Positions 23,786 through 33,851 of a stretch of DNA of 64,000 nt are shown here, piece after piece; the first letter of the stretch is position 1, and every line of letters starts with the position of its first letter. The stretch is from the NCBI GenBank assembly GCA_047495785.1, contig JBLDXI010000011.1, positions 806,001-870,000 of the forward strand. Reading direction: 5' to 3'. This stretch comes from Lepidodermella squamata (Eukaryota > Animalia > Gastrotricha). A model generated the notes under the pieces. It saw only the letters and a program-made list of their open reading frames with translations, was not told the origin of the DNA and ran no database searches. The translations under genes and the position numbers were made by a program.

Positions 23786-25769
23786 AACGTCAATGTTTTT
23801 GCGTCCATTCTTATGCAAGTGGTAAACGACATTTTCCCGTGGAAGCGACTGAGCTTTTGCTTTCAAATTTTAGCTCACAGAAATTTTTAAACTCAATCAG
23901 AGTGTTGCAACATTACCTTTACTCACGACTTTTTTCACTTCCTCTCAATTTTTACTGCTCTTTTCAAGAGTGAATGAACGTGAAATCAAATTCATGGAAT
24001 AAAACAACAGCAACGGCGTAAAAATCACATTGTCTGGAATAATTTTCATCATATTTGTATTGCAAACTCGAAATTTATTCATAGCCGCATTAAGAACCTG
24101 TCCTTTTGGAGGTTTCTTCATTGAGAAATCGGCAAATTTCCAGATATTTTGCAAGAACAAGTCTTATTTCCTAGCGATATCCCCATTACTGCAGCAGCGT
24201 AACGGTATATACGAGTTCGATTTGCGCATGTTATAATGCGCGCATACCGCTTGCACGCCATATGGGACGTATAACGCCAACTACATAGCATATACGCATT
24301 ACACGCATTACCGTTTGCGCTAGCCGCGCCTTATACTATGCAAAAATATAAACATATGTGCGCGGAATGTATGCGCAGCGCGCGCACGTTTACTCTGGAT
24401 ACCAAGGCAACCATTTGCCGCAGGTTATTTTAGTGCGCAAGTTCTGAAACACCCTGTAGCACCAAGCTTTGCTTCGAGAGTTCCGTTGCCTCTTTCCACC
24501 TTTCCGTTCTATTTAATTGTAAAATTTAAGTTTAGAATAATTTTATTTGAAAACAACCTGCTTGGTGGGGAGCTCGAGCTCTTGTTTTCACAATCTTACA
24601 TCCATACGCCAGGAGGACTTCTTCGGTATCAGAACCAACGAATTCTTTTCCCCTGTCATGAACGACAATCCGCGGCCCACCGTAGGTATCGAAGCACTTG
24701 CGCAAAGCAACTGCAAAGTTCTTCATTTCTTTGCTGACCAGTGGCGTTGCCCCGGACAAGCAAGATGTATGATCCTTGCAGTGAAGTATCCATATCTCAT
24801 GAGGAAATTGTTGTTCAATGTGCTGATCAGCTCCTTCTTGGCATTGACATCGACTTCCATAGCGTTAACTGATGCGACAAGAGCAGCGTGTTCGCTTGAC
24901 ATGTCCGGCTTGCTCGACATATCGATTAGGTCGATGTGTAGTTGCGACCAGATACCATCGGCATAAATCGGCTTACCTCCCGGGGCCTTGGGAATTCGCT
25001 TACCACGGAGGCATTGCTCGCAGTTTTCAAGAACAGTTTTGATAGGGTCGACAGGAACAACGTAGTACCGCTACTTGAGCATCTTCTCGATTGCCACTCG
25101 TCCGCAGCATTCGTTCTCGAGGTGAATCTTCTCCGCCAGAATTGGTAGCTTTTCCCAGGTTAGAACATGGTTATTCGGGATTTCGCCTTCACCATCTCTG
25201 CTTTGGTAATACAGCTTGCCATCGCGCGTCGTGAAGGTTCGAATGATCTTGTGTTTCTTATCGACGGTGATGCCATCGACTTTGATTTGTGAAAAACATT
25301 TTACCCATAGCTCTTTCTCCTCCTTGTTTTGGGGAATTAGAGCCGGGGGCATTTCAAATATCAAAGAAGAAAAAAATTAAGAATAATGATAAATGATTGC
25401 AATGACGACCTCTTGAGGCGTGAAAGCATATGGCGAAAGAAGCACATGGCGAAAGGAGCACGTGCTGGCCTATTTTTTCTCTTTATTTGATATTAACCTA
25501 GATATTGCTGCTTAACCTAGTTTTTCCTTGTTATTGTCGATTGAACTAGTTTTTTCTGTTAGAATAAACTAGTTCAATCGACAATATCAGGAAAAACCAG
25601 TTCAATCAGCAATTGTCGATTGAACTAGTTCAATTGTCGATTGGACTGATTGCTCTTTAAACTACGACATATGCAAGAGCACTCAAAAGCTGCTTTAACC
25701 ATCGGGTAAGTAAAACAAGTGGCCAGGGTCGAGTTATCACTCCAATCAAGCATTGTGGGTAAGTTGAAC

Positions 25770-26050
25770 CTTGGCGCGCAAGCTGATTGGTCAATTTATC
25801 GTTGCTAATGACTCCGGAATGAAACATTTCCGTCGCGCGATCCACTAATAAATTATTTTATATTTATGAACAAAATGACCTTGCCACACCCTCTGCCCGG
25901 TTTCCATTGACCACGAGCGTAAACTCCATATTAATCGTGGTAAATTGCTGCGGCAAAAAACACTTGTTGCAAAAAAAGTTATGGATCGCACGACAGAATG
26001 TTTCATCCGGGAGTCATAGCAACGATCGATTGACTAATCAGCGTGCGCAA
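25770..26050. repeat. Degenerate inverted repeat (old MITE)
   Basis: GCGCGCAAGCTGATTGGTCAA...GATCCA imperfectly mirrored by TGGATC...TTGACTAATCAGCGTGCGC. Confidence 0.5.
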
Positions 26051-26897
26051 TGGATTGGACTTTTAAGTGGTCACACAATGAAGGATCTCATATCCATGAG
26101 GTGACATTCTAGCACAAGAAATGCTCGTCGAGTGGTGAACACAACCTCATGCAGTCTATACGATTTAAGTAATTCGGTGGTGAAACGGTCGCCTACCTTA
26201 TAACGTTTGGCGCAGATTTAAGTATTTGCAGGCACTCAATTTCCCGAGTGGCAGACTCGAGTTTGTAGAGGATCGTAATATCTATCATTTTCACTGCGAA
26301 CATTCCATTCAGGGGAATGTTTCGCTGTAAATTGTCAGTGCCGAAAGAACCTGAGCCACTAGCTCGAATGTAAGAATAAAAAATAATTCAAGAGTTGAAT
26401 AAAAATTATAATCGGAAATGCCGGTGCCTAAATTTGTAATTATCCGGCTTTGACTAAGGTACCGTTTGGCCCCAACTCGCTGGCTACGCCACTACCAACT
26501 CGCGCAGTAGTTCAAACATTAACATTCGGTAAAAATAAGATTCCCTTTTGGGATTCCTAGAATTTTCGATTCTATCTTTCTTGTCATAGAACGCGTGCAT
26601 AACTCTTATTTACATCTCCAATTCACTTGGAACACGTGCCATAATTTGTGCGCATGAATTCCCATTGACATTTCTGATTCCTGATATTCATCAACACATA
26701 GCAAAAGGAAACCTGTATACAACCCAGGTTAGTCTTTACTATATCTGTCAATTCACAGATTTCAAACCCTATTCGGCAACATCAATAATGACAAAAATGG
26801 CGAGATGTAGTTACCGCTCGGTAACAAATACGTTAAAGTGTTAGCTTCTGCTTCTCAGGAATGTCTTAGCTGGACGGTAAAAAGTTGAACTGATGAG

Positions 26898-27254
26898 TTG
26901 TCAAATGTTATTACTCGATCTGAAATCCAACAGCATGCTGATGATATTACCACTTATTTTGCAAGCCAGATCATCAATGAGCTTAAATCTGTCGTACAAC
27001 GTGAAATGAATAGGGTTTGTCATTGGCTTCAATGCAACTCGCTAGCTGTGAACGGGAAAAACATCGCAATTTATACCGCTCAACACATCGCTAAACCCAC
27101 CGCGTTTAATTTCTCGATTACAATCAACGGCACTGTTGTTCCGTCCACCGAAATCATGTCGACTCTCGGCTTCACCATCGACAATAAACTTACGCTCAAA
27201 CAACCTATCAAAGGCGCGGAAAGGCCTGTTCGCGCTAAACAAGCAGTAAAATAG
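26898..27254 (+). pseudogene. Degenerate LINE reverse-transcriptase fragment (one per array unit)
   Basis: HADD (YADD-like), 'VCHWLQCNSLAVN..K', 'LGFTIDNKLT' match the C-terminal non-LTR RT; no ATG. Confidence 0.75.
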
Positions 27255-27802
27255 CTATTTTGATGGCTAGCGGCCTGATCTTCAGCCATGTCAGTTACTG
27301 ACTCAATGACCCGACTTTAGGACAGGCAACACGGACAACGTTGCATCGGCTCCGATCAACTCAAGATCGCTCCGAGACTATGAAGTTTGAACTGTGCTGC
27401 AGTTATGTGTTTTCTTTCAATTTTCAACTACGTCGGGGTGCCCTCTCTTGGTTGTTGTAGCTCCTAAACAAATGAAAAAAATATCAGATAGTCCCTTATG
27501 CCATGACGGCTACGTAATATGGACTTTTCTTTTCAAGGATTTTGAACAAGAGAAGTAACGAACGTCCAAAAGACGTTTTCCATTCAGTTGAATGCAACGT
27601 CTTCAAAGTAATGTTAGAGTTAAGTGGGTTAGACTCTACTTGACAAGGTGGTCAAGTATGTCCGATCATAGGAGAAGCCTTGCTCGATTGGTGAAACCTT
27701 ATCGGACAGCGTATAGATTCGAGGTCTGCGGCGACTGGAGAATTCAAAAAAAGGCCGGCATTCGAGATTTATCTTATTAGTTCCCATTTTTTTTATCTCA
27801 AC

Positions 27803-28681
27803 ATGGCCGTTCTCTTTGCGTTGCTTGCCGCCGCCGCCCTGTTTACCAGTTGTTTAGGCTGTCCAGCATCAACAACTACAACGCCTTGTCCGACTACTGC
27901 ATCCGGATCAACAACATGCTCTTCTGGTAGCACTTGTGTTTCGTCAAGCAATGTTTGCAGTGACACCACAAAAACATGCCAGACATCGGTAAATTCCCAC
28001 CCGCTGTAATAATAAAACAAGCCACAACTTCTCATGCAGGGCTCATTCCAACTCTGCACTGGTACATCCACTGGTGGCTCTGGTATCAGTGGAGTAGCCC
28101 TCAAGGTGTGCATTTCAACCGCTGTTGCTTGCACAAGCGCCTTCGGTAGCGGCATTACTGTATGTTTCTAAATAAATGCCAATTCAATTGTCTTATTCAA
28201 CTTGATGTAGCAACAAACCACAACCCCAAATGCCTACGACACGTTCTCTGCATGCTGCAATGCTGCTTCCAGCAATACAGCAGCGAACCTGAAATACGAA
28301 TACATCCCGGCTCTAGGAACCGGAAATCCAGCGTTAATATGCTACGTCATGACGTCTGACACGCTGCCATACAAAATCGCCACTCCAGCGTCGCCGGCTA
28401 ACACGAAAAAAGGTTACTGCACTCGCTTCCCATACACATCTTCCGGCACGGACGCACTTGCCTCGAGCGCTGATTTGGTTTGTTAACGCGAAATTGTAAC
28501 GTGCTTGTATAAATGGGACTTTTTTCAGAAACTCGCTTCCTCCCCGTTCGCTTACGCCAGTTTTACCTTGTGTTGCACCAGCGTGTTTGGTGGCACCCCG
28601 GCAGGTACCAACGCATGGGGCCCGGCTGTTTCTGCCTATGGTCTTAGCTTTGAATCATGTGCCACAACATCACCGACATAA
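27803..28681 (+). CDS. Secreted Cys/Thr/Ser-rich protein, 241 aa, 4 exons (copy 1)
   Basis: Signal peptide MAVLFALLAAAALFTSCLG; exons 27803-27988, 28040-28159, 28211-28477, 28529-28681 joined by GT-AG introns give a stop-free frame. Confidence 0.88.
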
Positions 28682-29036
28682 AAATGGCGACAGCTCAAAC
28701 ACCCTTGTTTTGCTGGCTTTGAACAACCTGCAAGAAGAACTGTTAATTTTGTTCATAATTCCTTGGCAAAAAAAAACAGTAAGTCTGAGCCAACAAAATG
28801 AGAGTTTATTGCTTGATCGTTGCAATGGTTTTCTACATCTGATTACTGTTTCCATTCACGTTGATGGCATTCAAGAGTTGAATAAAAATTATAATCGGAA
28901 AATATATGATTCTTTGTACACAAAGATATTCTGCCGGTGCCTAAATTTGTAATTATCCGGCTTTGACTAAGGTACCGTTTGGCCCCAACTCGCTGGCTAC
29001 GCCACTACCAACTCGCGCAGTAGTTCAAACATTAAC

Positions 29037-29110
29037 AGTAGTAAGGGGGGGGTCTCCAGCAACGGTCAAAAATTCAAATATTTTCCCACGGTCGGAGAAA
29101 TGAATCATAA
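29037..29110 (+). repeat. Left TIR of element 2
   Basis: Exact reverse complement of 47781-47854. Confidence 0.97.
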
Positions 29111-29628
29111 GAATAAATATGGAAAATGATGGAAAAATAAATGTCAAGGTCATGTGTAAAGTTTTGGCGCCAAAAATTTGAAATAAATGTCAAGGTCGTT
29201 TTCCCACGGTCACGTGACAGCGGCAGGACCGATCATTATTGATTGATTATCGATTATCGATTTTCGGTACTTATCGATTATTGGAAATCACGCTGATTGG
29301 AAATAATGAAATTCTATAGGTCGTTTGATGCGATTTTCCCACGGTCAGGATCGATGCTCGCAAAATGGAAACTTCCGAAAAGTCAAAATAAAGTAAACAA
29401 ATACCACGATTCAGTAGGAAAAAAAAAATAAAATAAAATCCCAAAAATAAATGTCAATTTCGCTGGCTGCGTTGTCTATCGTAACCATCAAATCGATTTT
29501 TTGATTAATAAATAAATTACATACACACCTTGCATTGAAATTTTATTGCGCAATTAAAACACTCACTCACTCACTCACTCCTTGCGCCTCACAAATCACT
29601 CCTTGCGAATTGTGTGAAAATCATCGCA

Positions 29629-29925
29629 TTAATCTAACATGGGGGCATTTAAAATGCTTCGAATCAGCCGAACACGCTCAATCACTTGCACCAGCATTAG
29701 TAAGCCTTCCGCAGTTTCGCGTTGTAAAATCATCAACGAGTCGACTTTACGCTCGAGCTGATCAATTCGGAATCCAATATTGTCAATGGCAAGTGATAAA
29801 TCGCGCAGTTGATTCCGCTGCTGCTGCTGTTGAGGATGGACAGTTACAACCGCAGGAGATGGCTGTTGTTGTTGTTGCTGCTGTTGTCCTTGAGGGCTTC
29901 GAAAACCACTGGCTCGAGAATCCAT
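29629..29925 (-). CDS. Gln-rich coiled-coil accessory protein
   Basis: ATG-initiated 98-aa ORF with poly-Q and heptad-like LSLAIDNIGFRIDQLERKVDSL. Confidence 0.55.
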   Translation of the reverse strand: MDSRASGFRSPQGQQQQQQQQPSPAVVTVHPQQQQQRNQLRDLSLAIDNIGFRIDQLERKVDSLMILQRETAEGLLMLVQVIERVRLIRSILNAPMLD

Positions 29926-30343
29926 CGATACTAATAATGATGATGATGATGATGATCGTGCTGAATGCTCGCAAAGTAGTAGTAGTACTAGTACAGTATC
30001 AAGAGGTTGGTAATAAATTGCGAAAATTTGCAGGAGTAATATAGGTATTGCAACTGCAAAGTGTTGTTAGTGCATGAAGTTACTTAGATGGCGCGAAAGC
30101 ACACCAATAATTTGTAATGCTCCTGCTGCTGTCAAAGTTCCATTATACACTGGCGTTAATGCACTATAAGCGCGGGTAGAGAGGAGCGGCACGTCAACAC
30201 ACGTCACCGCTCATCAAAACGATCACCGCTCACCAAACCCTGGGAATAAAAAAAAACCGCCAGGTTTCGCGCGCTTTACTTTCGTGACATGTAATATATG
30301 CGATTCTTGTTATAATATTGCGAATTGCTAATAATTCGAAGAA

Positions 30344-31135
30344 ATGGAGGAAATTTTCAAACACCCTTGGAATTTTCACCATATTATTGACAACATTTTA
30401 TCGTGTATTCATAATGATCATGAGCTCGGCCATTTGTGCACAGCTTATTTCGAAACCGGGAGGTATGTAGTTAAATATCACCTGGAGAAGCGAATAGAGT
30501 GGTACCTAAGGCCTAACGATAACCGCTTTACGGCTATAACGAGTCGGATTGTTTTCGCGAATAGACCCACAGGTGATAGCCTCACACCATATTGGGTCGA
30601 ATATGCAGCTTTTAAATTCGGCGCGACGAAAAGTCTCTTCGAAATTCTTCAAAATTATCACGTGACAGATTACATCGTCTCCTTATTCATGCGTCAGTTA
30701 TTATTAAATAAATGAAAAATTAATAAAATTATTATTATTATTATCATTATTTCAGACCACGAACCGGATATGAAGTGTGCCCTTGAACCATTCTGGTCTA
30801 TCTACATGCGAGAAAACGATCGAGCGTCGCTCTTGCTAGTGGCAGCGGCTAATCCAAACCTGACAAGCCGCTCGCTATCTCGAATGGTAGAAGCCGGGGC
30901 TGAAATCAATTTCGTGTCGCCGAGATGGCTACTTTCACCGCTATTAGAAGCCGCAGCCACTGGCTCAACCAGTTCGGTTTTGTACCTGGTCAACATGCGT
31001 GCAAACGTATATCACGCCGATTTGCATGGTCAACGCCCCATCGACCGTGTTCATACGTGCGAGTGGGAGAAATATCGCATTTTGCGTCAGGCTGAATCGA
31101 CCAAGACAACATCAAAAATAAAAAGATGGCGCTGA
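30344..31135 (+). CDS. F-box-like plus ankyrin-repeat protein, 1 intron
   Basis: Intron 30693-30755 joins two ORFs in frame; N-terminal FHHIIDNILSCI..LGHLC; ankyrin motifs VEAGAEIN, SPLLEAA..G, ANVYHADLHGQRPID. Confidence 0.72.
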
Positions 31136-31288
31136 TGCGGCGGCGGCGGCCGGTATAATTCCAGATGATGATGATGATGAAGCAGAATAATAACGGTGGT
31201 CAAGACTTGAAATTTTTTTCAGAATAAAAGGCGCGCGCGCCACCCAGTTTTAATTTTTTTCCTATTCATTTTGCAATGTTCTCAAATA

Positions 31289-31852
31289 ATGTTTGATATC
31301 GACGTTTTTATCAGAAATACTGTTGCTACTTTTAACCTGGGCGGTGTTGAACTCGAGCTGCGTAAAATAATCACGTATTTCAGAATGGCAGAAATATCAC
31401 CGAGATTCAGGAATGCCGTTATCATCAAGGAAAAATACTATTCCGCCTTGATTTTCAAAACAGGCAACATTGTTGTTATAGCCAAGAAACCAGAATTGGC
31501 TCTGAAATGCGGGCGGCGGTTAGCGAGAAAACTTCAGCTGCAGAGCAACAATAACTCGATCAAATTTCAAAACTTTCGAATTCGTAATTGTACCGTTACT
31601 GGTCAACTACCAACGACTATTAGCTTCAATACAACTCTCCTGAATGAATTATCTTCAATTAGCACTCGAGTAAAGCTCGACTTGACGCGGTTTCCTGCTT
31701 TGCGAATCGAAAATATTATGGACCAGAAAGTTAGTATTAATTTGTTTTCATCAGGTCGATTTTGTATTACAGGGATAACCGATCCCAAATCTGAAATGCA
31801 AAATATGGCTGTGGAAAAATTTCTTGTTATCGCTTTGGCGAATTCAAAATAA
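31289..31852 (+). CDS. TATA-binding protein (TBP)-like, 187 aa, intronless
   Basis: Two TBP repeats: IRNTVATFNL / PRF / ALIFKTGNIVV / RRLARKLQ, then KFQNFRIRN / RFPAL / LFSSGRFCITG. Confidence 0.9.
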   Translation: MFDIDVFIRNTVATFNLGGVELELRKIITYFRMAEISPRFRNAVIIKEKYYSALIFKTGNIVVIAKKPELALKCGRRLARKLQLQSNNNSIKFQNFRIRNCTVTGQLPTTISFNTTLLNELSSISTRVKLDLTRFPALRIENIMDQKVSINLFSSGRFCITGITDPKSEMQNMAVEKFLVIALANSK

Positions 31853-32113
31853 AATTTCAATTTTTTTGTGTTAAAACAAATCCACCTTAATTTTTTTATT
31901 TTTACTTCGTACTCACTCTATATATTATAATCGCGCACAGCCAATAGCATGCGAGGTGGGTGGAGCTTGTGGACACCACGCACTCACAATTATTTTGGCA
32001 ATCATAACTAGTAGTAGTAGTAGTAGTAGGTAGTAGCCAGAACAACCATAAAACATGAATTGAATAGACCTTAATGTATGAATGACAATCTCAATAAATA
32101 TAATATAAATAGC

Positions 32114-32147
<34 letters not shown>

Positions 32148-32448
32148 CAACACGAGTAATGAAGACTTATACCTCCCTAAATTATGGTTCCAAAATCACT
32201 GTCCTGCCATCCTGCCTGTTGCGGAAAGTGGATTTCGACATTTATATGCAGCAACCTGAAATAATGCTAGCCAAAAGTCACCATTTTACCTAACTACCTG
32301 TCAGCCAAAGTGGAGTTTGACATATATAATTATTGATGCGGACCCGTCATCAATCGTATAATAAACTTGGGTGCAGGAAATATTATCGGACTGAGGTTAC
32401 ACATTATAGTTTTCACATTTATAGAATAATTCTATAGAATAACTTGTT

Positions 32449-32976
32449 ATGGATCAGCAATATAACCCTATTGCTACCTACAACGAACTGTGTGCTGCTG
32501 CTCGCGATGCACAGCGTTTAATAAATATGCTGCAAGCCTTTAAGCAAGTAATGTCCAGAGAGGTGGACATAGTAAAACGGGACCTCAAGTATCTTGAGGA
32601 ACATAGGTAAGCTTTTGACGAATTTTCTGTCGGCTAATCTAATTTATTACGCGTTAGAATGATGATACCCCACACAATGAGTCCCGCCATCGAGGTACTA
32701 CTCGGCCAACAGGTCATACTGGTTGAGATGAATGAACGAAGCTGCGCCCTGAAATGGTTGCTCAACGATATGATTAGCCAGGTAGAGCCAGCTGCCCGGA
32801 CACAGCACGCAGCAGCCCAGCAGGCAGCAGCAGCAGTAGCTCAGCAACAAGCAGCAGCCCAACAGGTAGCAGCGCAGCAACAGGTAGCAGCGCAGCAAGC
32901 AGCCCAACAGGCAGCAACAGCGCGAGCCGTTCTGGACGAGGTCTTGGCCGAAGCCTTGGACGAAAATCAAGAATAG
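32449..32976 (+). CDS. Coiled-coil, Ala/Gln-rich accessory protein, 1 intron
   Basis: MDQQYNPI... exon spliced (AG|gtaagc...ttag|A) in frame to the 32659 ORF. Confidence 0.65.
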
Positions 32977-33372
32977 TCGCAGCAGAAGCAGTCAGAAGCA
33001 GTCAATGTGGAAAAAGAGGAGATACGTCGCCCCACGCCTTGGTGAATATTCATATCACGGTAACAAAATATATGCTTAATTTACTTACACTAATAGCTCC
33101 ACCTGAAAGCTGTCACTTCACTCGGTTCGAAGTTTTTTGTAAATATAGCATACAAAATATGCAATATATTTATTACATTATCTCTATCTCACTCTATCTC
33201 TATCTCTATCTATCGAGGACACACACACACCCACACTGTAATAATGAATTCGACTTCGAATTTTTTGTATATAGCGATTGTTATTATTATTATTATTACT
33301 ATATGCATGCTGGCATGTAAATAGATGTCTCTCTCTCTCTTTCTTTGAAAAATTTTTAAACATAGCGCTTGC

Positions 33373-33416
<44 letters not shown>

Positions 33417-33851
33417 TCGAAAAATTGTAATAATAAGAATCATGTAGAATTTCGCGCTTTAACCTGGTCGAACACTTGAAGTTCCATTTTTTTAAATAAA
33501 ATAAATCATGACTTTTATACTCCCATCTTTGAGTTCATTTTGAGAATGGAATGCAGATTTTTTTTCAGTGCGCGTGTTCATTGAATAATAAAATTGGACT
33601 CACGGCTCGTGGATATGATTGGTGTGCGAGGGGTGCTAACCAACCAATGAGCGCAGAGATGTATAGCATTACTAGTATAGTTTCTTTTGCAGTAGTAGTC
33701 GTACACTACTTCTTAACCGGTAGTTTTCCTACACACTTAAATAGTAACAATTTCCGCGCCAAAACAGCAGCAGCAGCACCGAGTGAGTATTTAAAAATGC
33801 AGGCCTCTCATAAAGAATAATTTACCCAATTTCATCGATATAATTCTAGTT

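Larger units (their letters stand above)
22184..24456. mobile_element. Non-autonomous Tc1/mariner-type element inserted in the Ginger-like gene
   Basis: TA|CAGGGTGTTTCAGAACT ... AGTTCTGAAACACCCTG|TA; removal rejoins LGA-TMFRE in frame. Confidence 0.9.
21433..25352 (-). pseudogene. Ginger/GIN-like (Gypsy-related) integrase/transposase pseudogene
   Basis: CEQC zinc motif, KPIYADGIWSQLHIDLIDM, HDRGKEF, NGKVERGN, SPYKMFFGR; one intron, an in-frame stop at 25071, frameshifts, and an insertion at 22184-24456. Confidence 0.8.

Noticed and set aside
26898-27254. Functional RT (retron/DGR-like) paired with the repeated gene
   Set aside because: Short ATG-less LINE fragment with a degenerate HADD motif; array copies show no targeted diversification.
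27793-28155. Antisense 120-aa ORF and other short ORFs in each array unit
   Set aside because: Shadow frames of the spliced + strand gene; they recur only because the unit is duplicated.
29629-29925. Homology with the element 1 poly-Q ORF (VHHQnRNQ vs VHPQnRNQ)
   Set aside because: The match is confined to low-complexity sequence.
33039-33443. ORFs in AAT/TAT microsatellite regions (also 32078-32293, 47133-47478)
   Set aside because: Products of simple repeats in UTR or intergenic DNA.
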